Positions 44,449 to 56,908 of a stretch of 64,000 nucleotides of DNA are shown in pieces. Within the stretch, counting starts at the first letter, position 1, and every line of letters starts with the position of its first letter. A program made the translations under genes and the position numbers. The stretch is taken from positions 9,620,339 to 9,684,338 of the forward strand of contig CM119265.1 in assembly GCA_051294375.1 (NCBI GenBank), given 5' to 3'. Source of the DNA: Paraspadella gotoi. Its lineage: Eukaryota > Animalia > Chaetognatha. The notes below the pieces were generated by a model. That model searched no databases, had not been told where the DNA came from, and saw nothing but the letters and a program-made list of their open reading frames with translations.

Positions 44449-47400
44449 ATGGACCTACACATTCGAGGTGATTATTATTCAATATTCTCTTCTCATTGAG
44501 TCACTTATTACGAATTGTTTCAGCTACAAAATACTTATTAATTATTCATTTTTTATTTTATTTTATAAATTATTTTATAGGTAGGTTATGAAATTGGTAC
44601 AACCAATATAAAAATTATCCATTCATTTAATAAATAAGCTATCTTGCCCCTGACTTTGGACAGGCTTTGGTGGTTTAAGGTCTCCATCACTCTTACTCTT
44701 ACATAGCAGGTCCCTGCAAGCTTTCAATCAAGACTCTCTCACAGTCTTTTTTATTCACTCCCAGAGTACCTGGCTTCCCTATCAATGAAGTGGTATAATG
44801 TTTCAAAGAATGTTTCAATGTTATTAAAAAAAAACTAAAGAGATTTAAAATAACTAAAATTCTCATTCTCTCTCTCTACCAGACTCGTCAACCCGTCACC
44901 ATCACGATCTCAACCCCCACCACCTCGCCCACCCCAATCCATCCCACCACCCCCACCTTACCCATCCTCACCACCATCGGACGCCCATCAAGTCGGAGAT
45001 GCTCTGCCTCGTTTGCGGCGACAAGGCGTCGGGGAAGCATTACGGCGTTTTGAGGTGAGGGAGGCGGGGATTAAAGGGTAGGGATCGGGGATGGGTCAGG
45101 TATCGTGAGCGGAGATTGAGGGTGGGGGATCACGGACGTCGGACGGGTAAGGTATCGCGAGCAGGAATTTAGGGAGGCGGATCGAAGATGGGGATCAATC
45201 CAGGGTAAGGTATCGCGAGTCGGGTTTAAAATATAAGCATCTGCATTAATTAGGGATTGAGATTACAGTATCGGAGGGATACCCTTTTGAAAAATGACGA
45301 ATTATTGGTGACACTTAATCGCGACATTTCATTTCCAACAACTTCAGACTTTACCCGTCTTCAGTCTGTCTTTTCAGTGAACCAAATGAAAATTTACTTT
45401 AAAGCCATCCTGGTCCATTGCCAGTACATAACAAGGGGTAATTACAGATCGTCCCCTTTCGGATCTACCCAATAACCAAAAAGCAGTTCATCCCTTACTT
45501 CATTTCAAGTGCACTGTGGGGCAGTACAATTTTGTAATCAGTCGATATTTTTTTATTTTAAATTACTACTAGTTTTAAATGATTCTTTAGTTTAATTTTA
45601 TTAAATTCTTTAATAAACGGTGAAATTTAATAATAAAAATTCGAAATTTAATTAAATATCGATAGTCAAAAGAAATTAAAATTCCAATGAAATTTTAAAA
45701 AAATTTAAAGAGGGCGAGTAAAAATTGAAAGGACAGAAATTTTATGAAACCATGTGATGTTTTCTAGATTTTCGAGTTGTTTTGTTTTGTCTTCCAACTT
45801 TCGTCGAAAGTTTCGATCCTCCCGAAACTGGATCGATCATCGAAATAAATGGGTTGTTCTCTCTCCTCCGTATCACAGGCGTCAGTGGTGTAATGGTTAG
45901 CATAGTTGCCTTCCAAGCAGTTGATCGGGGTTCGATTCCCCGCTGACGCACTTTTTATTAACTTGTTTTTCATTTTTGTCTGTCTGGTCACGTTATATAA
46001 TTCACTGTCATAACTAAAGTTGGTTAAAACCAATCCTTTATTCTTCATTTTAGAGGCCTCTCAATCATTCACTCAAATTTAAAAAATACAGCCTTACTTA
46101 AACTTACCCATCGCTCACCTCCTCCAGCTGCGACGGGTGCCGCGGGTTCTTCAAGCGTTCCATTCGGAGGAACCTGGCCTACGTCTGCAAAGAATCAGGC
46201 GGTTGCATTGTCGACGTGGCCAGGCGCAATCAGTGCCAGGCCTGCCGATTTAAGAAGTGTCTCCAAGTCAAAATGAACAGGGATGGTGAGTACAAAAAAT
46301 ATATTTTTGGTAGCGTAATATAAAAAGTTATAAAGAACCAACAGTTATGACCGCGAAGGGACTCGAACCCTCAATCTCCTGATCCGAAGTCAGGCGCCTT
46401 CTCCATTAGGCCACGCGGCCAACTCGTTAACTCTTTTATGCATACATTTCTAAAAAGTGCTGGCGAGAATTTTTCTTGGTAAAGGTAGTTATTCCGAAGA
46501 ATAATAGAGTTTTCTATTCATCTTCATCAACCCAGCATAAAGAAGAACAAGAAATGTTAGGAAAATTTAATTTAAATAGTTAAAAATTTCATTACTTTTA
46601 TGGAAAACTCTTAACAACAAGTGGTCTCTAACTTTCTAGCTATCTATCTGAAGTCAGGCATCTTTTCCATTAGGCCACGCGTCCTGCTTTTGTCTCATTC
46701 TTCTCTCTCTGGCCAGGGTCATTATTCTGAAGAATAATTCACGGTTCTATTTATGTTCAACAACCCAGCAAAAACAATTAATGAGGGGAAAATCTAACTT
46801 AACTAATTAAATAATCCTTACAACATACTACGTCCTGACCGCGAAGGGACTCGAACCCTCAATCTCCTGATCCGAAGTCAGGCGCCTTCTCCATTAGGCC
46901 ACGCGGCCGCTGTATAAATAATGTTAAATCTATACTAAAATAAAATAAAATTACTTAGTTATTGGAACTTTCTAAATCCGAGAAACATTTGTTCCCTCCC
47001 CCGAAAAAAAAACTCCAATCAACTTGTATCAACTCTTATCAACTTAGAACCAAATATTTTTTTAATCTCAATTCGAAATTAAATAAAGCTTCCGACAAAT
47101 TCTCGTAAAAGAGTCCGTAAAACTTGGAGATCTAATGGTCTCCGAACAAAGTCGGCCGCTGCGGCGACAGCGGCCGCGGCGGTGGCAGCCGCAGTTGCAG
47201 CGGCGGTTTGCTCATGGGCCGTAAACGGTTAACGACAGTGATTTTCGACGATTAAGATGTTACGGCCTAATCCAAGCTAAAGCCAAAGGGCACTGCTCTT
47301 CAAGTGGATTTTGAAAACTGGCAGAGAGCGAGGGGAGGCAAGAAAGGGAGGAAAGGAAAAAGAAAAAAAAAAACGAGACGAAAAGAAGAAAGAAGACGAA

Positions 47401-47683
47401 AGAAAATCTAGACTTTCTTTTACTCGTTACTCGAATTGAAATTTCAAAGATTAAAAAGAATAAAAGAAATTGTAAATCGGCTTCGAAACAAAATGGAAAA
47501 TGGAGGGAAAAGAGGATTCGATGGGGATGAGGAATAGAAAATAAAGGAAGAAAGAAAGGAATAAAATTATGGAAAAAAAAGGGAGAAAAGAGGGAGAAGC
47601 GAAAAATTCTAAAAAACGGAAATAAAAAAAATCAAGAAAAAAAAAAGGAAAAAAGCTAAAAAAAGACAATAGTAGAAAAAGGA

Positions 47684-47760
<77 letters not shown>

Positions 47761-49252
47761 AGAGAGAGAAAAAAAGATAGGCTGGGGGGGAAAAAATCTG
47801 TGGGATCTTAGTCAGATGCCAGGCGAAGCCGCAGCGCTCAAAGCTTTCATCCACTTGACAGCCAGAGCGCGAGAGCTTGAGTGCGCGAGCGAGAGAGCGA
47901 GAGGGCGAGAGAGAAAGATAGAGAGGGAGAGAGGGGAAAATGAGGGAGGAAAGTGGGAGAGGGAGTGAGAAGTTGAAAAAAAAGACATATGAGGACAAAA
48001 GGGAAGAAGTAATAAAAGTTAGAATCTGGTTGGAACNNNNNNNNNNNNNNNNNNNNNNNNNNNNNNNNNNNNNNNNNNNNNNNNNNNNNNNNNNNNNNNN
48101 NNNNNNNNNNNNNNNNNNNNNNNNNNNNNNNNNNNNNNNNNNNNNNNNNNNNNNNNNNNNNNNNNNNNNNNNNNNNNNNNNNNNNNNNNNNNNNNNNNNN
48201 NNNNNNNNNNNNNNNNNNNNNNNNNNNNNNNNNNNNNNNNNNNNNNNNNNNNNNNNNNNNNNNNNNNNNNNNNNNNNNNNNNNNNNNNNNNNNNNNNNNN
48301 NNNNNNNNNNNNNNNNNNNNNNNNNNNNNNNNNNNNNNNNNNNNNNNNNNNNNNNNNNNNNNNNNNNNNNNNNNNNNNNNNNNNNNNNNNNNNNNNNNNN
48401 NNNNNNNNNNNNNNNNNNNNNNNNNNNNNNNNNNNNNNNNNNNNNNNNNNNNNNNNNNNNNNNNNNNNNNNNNNNNNNNNNNNNNNNNNNNNNNNNNNNN
48501 NNNNNNNNNNNNNNNNNNNNNNNNNNNNNNNNNNNNNNNNNNNNNNNNNNNNNNNNNNNNNNNNNNNNNNNNNNNNNNNNNNNNNNNNNNNNNNNNNNNN
48601 NNNNNNNNNNNNNNNNNNNNNNNNNNNNNNNNNNNNNNNNNNNNNNNNNNNNNNNNNNNNNNNNNNNNNNNNNNNNNNNNNNNNNNNNNNNNCGACATTT
48701 TTTTTTTCATCAAAGTTACTTCGATTTCAGGCGCGCGATCCGTCGTGCATTTTTTTTCTTTCTTTGTTATATAACTTATAGATAACTTGATGTTATAACT
48801 TTTAAATAATACGAATTAAACTTTAAAGTAACTTAAAACTTTCAAATACACAAGCTCGTTCGATATTCCATTTTCATTATTAAATACTTCTCGCGTATCC
48901 TTTTCTTTCGCAACAATACTTTTAAGTCCTTACCCTTTTTTCGCTCTCCTTTTCCCCTTGCTCATTACCCCCCCCTACCTCTCCCCCGCCTACCAACCCC
49001 CTTCGCGACGCCCATTTTATCCTCCGGTCCGCCCTGGCATCAGGAAGTGACTGCAAATATGTTGAAGGGATTTGCAAGCCCCCGGGCGTCGCCCGAGTAA
49101 AACGCCGCGTCATCGGATAATCCTCTCGTCTCTCATTGGCTCCTTCCGTCCGGTCGGTCGGCCGTCGAAAGAATTTCGAGCGCTACGATTGGTCTAGAGG
49201 GAGGAAGGGGGAGGATGGAATAAAGGTCGTTGATTGGTCGAAAGTCGGAATA

Positions 49253-49336
<84 letters not shown>

Positions 49337-49737
49337 GAGAGAGGAGAGAGAGAGATTCGTTGACGAGTCAAGATGATGCGCGAGGTGAAGATCTCGTCGT
49401 GATAATCATCATTCAATCTTCGCTCAATTTCTCGGAAAGACTCGGGAGAACAGAGCGGAGGAGGATGAGACCATTATATTTCTACGAGAGAAGGAAGAGA
49501 ATGGAATATTTAAAAACGTCGGCATCCATTCGAAATACTATAAATAAAATTTTCGGTTGTACCGTTATAAATTATATCATAAATTGTAGCGTAATTATTT
49601 TGGTAGTTATTCAAATATTTCTAATCCAGATTTAAAAAAAAAAGCTTTTCCTCGAACACAGATCTCACTGTAGCCCGTGAACAATAATACATTGTCGACT
49701 TTTTGACGTGAAAGGATCCGACGTCGATCTCTCTGTG

Positions 49738-49779
<42 letters not shown>

Positions 49780-50629
49780 GATCTTGGGAGTCAAAGCACC
49801 TGACTTGACGCCGAGAATCTCCGTCATTGTCCGAGTCGAACAAACTCCCGACTTTCTCCTTCGATCGCTTTAATTTTTTCTTTTATTCATTTTTTTTTTT
49901 TATACTGGCATCGAATCGGAAGAGGAGGATGAGGAGGGAGGGGGGGAGGGAGAGGGGGGGAGAAAGAGGGAGGGGAGAGGAGTAGGGAATGGAGAGTGGG
50001 AAGCCGTTAGCGAGGAGACTTGTACTAGAATGTAGAAATTAAACAGTTCAATCTATTCGTATTGGTGCGTACGCACTACGCGATACGCTAAATACTAAAT
50101 ATTAAATAATACATTTTTCTGACAGTTTTCCATAACTTTAGAACAGATGGCGTTCCAAACGGACGCCATCCTCAAAAGACATGGTACAACAACAACAATA
50201 ACAACAATAACAATAACAACAATATCAATAATAACAATAACAACAATAACAATAACAACAGCAACAACAATAAAAACAATAACAATAACAACAACAATAA
50301 CAATGACAACAACAATAATAACAACAATAACAACAACAATAATAACAACAATAACAACAACAATAACAACAACATTAACAACAATAACAACAACAACAAT
50401 AACAACAACAACAACGACGACGACGACCATCTTTACGTCGCTGCCGCCGAAAGCCTCTCTTTTCTTTCCTCCCCAGGTTTGCATTAAGCCCAGACTCAAA
50501 AGTTAATGGAGTCAAAAAGATAAAAGAAAAAAAATGGATAAAGAAAGAAGAAAGAAAATATAAAGAAAAAGGGAAAGGGTAAAAAGGGAGGAAAAAAATA
50601 GAGAAAAAGACAGAGAAGTTAATGGAGTC

Positions 50630-50675
<46 letters not shown>

Positions 50676-51070
50676 AGTTAATGGATCTTGAGTATCTTTT
50701 TTCAGTTTTTTTTTTACTCAGGAGGTGTCGCACAATTTTAGCGATTTCTGCTCAACATACTTTTTCAAAGTTATAAAGTTTTTTGTTCAAATTGAATTTT
50801 CAAGCTGCCTATAATTCTATTGTATCGTATTTTTTTTATAAATAAAAAGTTTTTAATTTACGTCTTTTAGCTGCTGTATAAGTTTAATAATATTTTAGGT
50901 TTAATTCCAGAATATTTACATCTTTCATCAATCTTTTAACAATGTAATATAATTCTTTTTTAAAATCAGCTNNNNNNNNNNTATTTATTTTTATTTCTCT
51001 ATCTCTGTCGCTCTTATTCTTCCTTACTTTCTTTTTCGATCCTTCTTTCATTAAGTCTTTTTTTAAAAAT

Positions 51071-51101
<31 letters not shown>

Positions 51102-54100
51102 CTTATTTATTTATTTATTTTTATTTTTTTATAATTTATATTCTGCCAAAGCTTTATTTCTCTCTTTACCCCTACCTACATTCTACAACCTTGCACTCGA
51201 TAACAATTTTTTTTTCCGTTGCTCATTTTTTAAAAATCACTTCGCCGTGACAGCGAGCGTCGCCAAGCAACGAGCAAGTTTCTAGATCATCCGTTCAACG
51301 ATTGGGTCGGACTTGTAGCTCGCCTCTATCTTCTTCGGGAAATTGGAAAAGAAAAGAAGACTCGTGGGAGACGAACAGGGCGAGCAAGACGATGATCAAA
51401 ATGAGAAAAACGAAGCCGATAACAAAAGAGACAATGCCGAAGCCGAGAGCGATGGTCGCATATTGCCAGGCATCCCTTGGACCTGGGGTCGGCGGGTCGG
51501 GGGTTGGATTGTGATTACACAAAAAAAAAATAAAAAAAAAAAAAAATTGGCCGCATTAGCTTTCTCAGTTTCTGATCTTACGACCACATTTGCGTGTCGT
51601 CGGGTGACTGCACATTGCACAAACACAACGAACATTTAATGATTCTTCATTTTCAAGCATTTACTAAATTGAATTATTAGTAAATGAATCATATCGGAAT
51701 TACTTTCTGGACACGCAGTCGTATCTTTAATTGATCATGTGGCTCCACATTGCAAAAGAATGAAACATATGAACATTCGTAGTTGTCTACTCATATAAGC
51801 TTTTCTTATAGCGGAGCAACTTTAAAAGTAACTGTTTTGGTGGTCGGTCTATTTGTTGGTCTATCTCGCGTTTTCAATGAACCTTATCAAGGATTAATCA
51901 ATATAAGGAAGTATCATCAGAATTATGAGAATTAACGAACGGACCGACCAGCAAAGAAGTTACTTTTAGAGTTGCTCCGCTAGAAGAAAAGTTTAATTGA
52001 GTAGACAACTACATAGCATAAAAAAAAAAAAATATTAGCTAATTAATCGACAACGGGTTCGGCTCAAGTTATTGGCTGTGTAAACATCCAATTAAGAATT
52101 TGTTCCGACCCCTAACGAGTACACCCTTCTGGCCCTCTTCCCGCCCTCTGCCGGTTCTGCTTTGGCTCTCGCCGGCCCAGTCCCTACGAGCCGTGATACC
52201 CTTTCCCTTACTGGATGAGCTGCATCCGGCGATGCCGAATCCGATCGCCAGTCCCGGAAAAAGAAGGCCCCCGCAGCCGAGACAGATAGAGCCGAAGACG
52301 ATGCCAATTGTGGAATAATTCCTGGTCCGATCTCGCGGAAAATCCTTTTCTTCTTTTGTCTTTGTTTCATCTTGTTGGACCGGATCGCCGGCCTCGGCTG
52401 AAAAGAGAACCGGAGGCGAGGGTTGCGTCCAAGTCGGGTTCATGGATTTGTGACCGTTTCTATTTTTTTTATTTATTAATACTAAGAGTATGGAATTTTC
52501 TAAATACAAATATTTGAAAAGAACATTCATTATTTTAAGAGTGCGAGAAGAATACAGTGTGTCCAAATGGTACTGTCTGTTAACTTTTACATATCATGCG
52601 GAACTATGTTATTAAATTTCATTTCTGAGATAACAATGAAAAAGATAAGTTCTTACCATTTATAATACTATATTTCAAATTCAATTTTTACATTTTTTTG
52701 GGTTCAGAACATTCAATTTAAATGAGTCCTCATGTCTCACTTTTTTAAATTTCCTTTCTGAGATAACAATGAAAAAGATAAGTTCTTACCATTTATAATA
52801 CTATATTTCAAATTCAATTTTTAAATTTTTTTTGTTCAGAACATTCAATTTAAATGAGTCCTCATGTCTCACTTTTTTTAATTTTAAATAATTTTTTATT
52901 TTAAAATCATTTTTAATAAAAAATTTGTTAAAAATATTTTAAATATATATAAATTATTTAAATTTTAATTTTTATAAAATAAGTGCATTAATAAAAATAA
53001 ATAAACAAATATTAAAAAAATATAAAAATTTATAAAAATATGCTAATTAAATTGATATTTAAATTTTATTATTTGAAGTGGTGAGCAATTAAATCATTAA
53101 GCCAGAACAAAATGGTTGCTATTTATTCAATAAATTATTATTAAATCAATTGAAAAAATAATATGAACAAGGTAAGTAGATAATTTGTATAATAATGATT
53201 ATTGCTTTATAAAAGCTCTGGAGCTAAAAATAGTTAGTTTCTTACTGTCAATATTATAAAAAATATTTGATAAATATTAAAAAATATATAATACAATTGC
53301 TTTATGAAATTGGTACAACCAATATAAAAATGTAATAACTACAGGAGTTTGCTTTGTTGAATTTTAAAAATTTAGGTATCCTATAAAATGGTCCATACTT
53401 GTGCGCATATTCATTATAATGAATTAGAGTTTTTCGATCTGCTCTAGGAGCAGTAAGCTTTTCTTAACAGACAGTACCATTGGGACACACTGTAGTAATG
53501 ATTGGAATAAGGAGATATCGAATAGTAAAAAGAGAAATAAGAAAAGAAAATAGTCAAAGTTAAAAATTGAAAATAGAGAATAAGAGAAAAGTTTAGGAGT
53601 AACTTTAGGATGGGACAGGTAAATAAAATTGTAAGATAAATCATAAAATAATAGGAAAAATATTCAAAAATTAACTTGGTACACAGGACAAAGGCAGAGA
53701 AGCAAGAAATAAAAAGTGACATTTTCATCTTTTACCATTGCTATCCGCGTTTTGGTTGATGTTTTGACCAGGCCGCGGTAAAAGTCGATCTTCTTCCCAG
53801 AATCTTGGTTGTCTCGTTGTAATCATTTCGACATGTCGTTTTTAATGAGATAATTTTTTTAAACGTTTTGGGGGTAAACCATTAAGTTTTGATTTGACTA
53901 TTTTTTTAAAAAACAACTCTTTGCCGAAAAATCTCCTAATTGATTTACTCAAAGTTCTTATCGTAGTCTTTTTTTGATGGAAGGGAGCAATCTTGGATTT
54001 CCTGATTCGGAATGATAGAATCTTTCATTAGAACTACGGAAAATTTGAAATTTTTTCATTCTAAATGCGACAACAGGATTCGATTCGATTGCAAGGGGCA

Positions 54101-55731
54101 CCGAAAAAAGGTGGAGAGGGTCGAGAGGGTAGTTTCAAGCTTTTATACTGAGCAAGTAATTATGGGCTTTTACAGGTGGGTAGTGGTCAGAGGTGCAGAG
54201 TATTACATACATTGAGCGATCATTAAAGCTACTTATCATAAAAGTTTCTTGTTCTTATACCCCGTGTCCGTTCTCGAGTGACGCCAAAAAAATCTTTACT
54301 ATACTTTCAATATTTAATCAATATAATTTATAAGTCTATAATTAGTTGGAGAACTACTTGACGTTTTTTATGAATAAGTTGCATTTCGTGTTTAATTTTT
54401 TTACTATTCTATGTTTAATTTTTTAATCTAACACAGTAAAATTGGCAAAAAAAAAAAAAAAACATTTTAGGCGTGTTCTTGATATAATTTTTTAAAAAAA
54501 ATAAAATTGCTATTACATACGAATTTTTTCGTTTCATTCTAATAATTGTAAATCTTAAGTTTTCATTATACAATTTGTCCAATTAGAAAAATGCTGTTCT
54601 GAGCATGTTCTTGACTGTCTTAAATAACTATTTTATGCCATAAGGATACTCAGATAATTCTTAATTTAATGCTGTAAATGAATTTTAATAATTTTTAGAA
54701 ATTAATGAGTAATTAATTTTTAATGATTTTTTAAAAAAAAGATTCAGTTTTTTAATGAAGATGAAATTGGATGACCATTAAAGAAAGGTTGAAATTAAAA
54801 TATAATAAACGTCGAGTACTTTGCTATAGAATGAGGAAAGAAAATTTAAAAAATATTATCCAATGAGAAATGATACGCATTTATTTGGTGCCATTCGCGA
54901 ACGGACACGGGGTTTTTCATACTTGTATAATCACGTGACCGTTCTTTGATCATATGGTTAATTCATTATAGTTTATGAAATTGATATAATTGGTAACTAA
55001 TACACAGTTATTTTAATCAATTTAAACAACAAAAAAGAAAGGATTTACACACAATCAATTTAATTAATTGTGCAATATGCATGTTTTATGTTTGTGTAAT
55101 CCCTTAACCACTCAGAACTACGGTCATATTATAAGAAAGTAAATGCGGCATATTTTGGGGAATATTCAGTCGTTTTACTTAAATATCATCAGAAAAGTAT
55201 TAAACCGTGAGATGCTTCAATGTACATTGTACAATGTACAATTCATTGTCTGTTTCACATTTGTGTACTCACGTGATCATCAGGAAATGGATCCAAGAAA
55301 GTAAGTCATAAAAGGTTTACTGGTAGGTTAAGTAGGGATAGGGAGAAAGTAATAAGGGGTCCTGATAATTATTTAATTCTCTTTTCCTTTTTTTTCAGTT
55401 CTTATGAAACAACATTTAAATTGTTATCCCGATTTTTTTCATCGTTTCATACTCAAAAATCTCTGCGTAATGAATTTTTATTAAGAGCTTCATATACTTT
55501 TTTAATAGGAGCACAATTCATTATATATTGCATTATTCTGCCAACAAATTTGTTCTCTCTGTCTCTCTCTCTCTCTCTCTCTTTCACTTTCTCCCATCGA
55601 GTAAACAAAATCAGAGATAAATATGGGGATGTTTTTATTCCCTTCTTCATTAGCTGTTCAACTCAAACATTAAAAGAAAAGAGGGAAATTATCAAACACA
55701 CCCTTGCTCTAATGAATTTTTCTGTTCAAAC

Positions 55732-55790
<59 letters not shown>

Positions 55791-56874
55791 TCCTCTCTCT
55801 CTCCTCTCTCTCTCTATTTGTAAAATGACGGGCGACAGCTTGACAGAATTAATTACCTGACAGGTAAACAAATTTAACTTTCAATCCGAATAATAAAAAG
55901 AAGGAAAACAAAAATTTCGTGCTCTCTTTTAAAAAAAAAAATCGACTTAAAAGAGTTTTCAAAAACCTTTCATCGATACCAAAATTCATTACCTTAAAAA
56001 TTTAATAATTAATCATTCATAGCTCAGCTCATTCATTCATTAGTTTATTCATCCCTTCATCGATTTTGTCTCGAGTCTTTTTTTTTTTGTTCGGATCTTC
56101 CTGTTTAAAGTTACGTGAGTTTCCCGTCAGCGGAAACTCGATCCCGTCCGCAGTTTTTCGATTATTTGCAGGCGACACACACACGCGCCACGACGACGAC
56201 GACGACGCCGACGACGCCGACGACGACGACGCCGACGACGACGACGCCGACGATGACGACGACGACGACGACGACGACGACAGCGAAAGACACGTCGAAA
56301 GATATATACCCCGCAACTTCCTGCGCAAGATGACAACGAAACCGTCGACTCCTTTCCCTCCCCTCACTCCACCTAGGATTCGCGCATGAAAATTCAGATT
56401 TTATTTTTCTCTCTCCGAAGGCGTGAGTGGTTTTGGGTGGATTGTTCACCTGTTCGCTCGTCTTTTTCTTCTCATGCGCGCCTCGACAGTCCTCCCGTCA
56501 GAGCGGCGGTGGAATCGAGGGATCGATTCGCTGTCGATCGCAGAATAAACAAAACGGAAAAGCGGGAATAAAATATATACAAAGGACACGGCCTTTTTTT
56601 TTGTGACGAAGGGGGGGGGGGTAGAGGGGGGGGGGGTGAGTTGGATTCGATAGAGAAAGGTGAGGTTCTTGGTTTTTGGGTGAGGTGAGAGAGGTCAGTG
56701 AGGTAGTGATGGGTTGACACGAAATGGAAGCAAATTTAACATATGAAACCTTTTACAAACCGAATCTCTAAGGATATTTCAGTTTAGATTTTAATTCGAA
56801 AATGATACATGCCTTCATTGCCTCCTCTTTCAAAAACCACTTTAATTCAAGAGAAAAGAAAAGTGAGTCGGGAG

Positions 56875-56908
<34 letters not shown>

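Noticed and set aside
47847-48785. Long ORFs spanning N runs (also 57192-58385)
   Set aside because: Artefacts of assembly gaps.
51860-51925. CTGATGA...GAAA on the minus strand in the MITE centre
   Set aside because: Core spacing and stems I/III do not fit a hammerhead convincingly.
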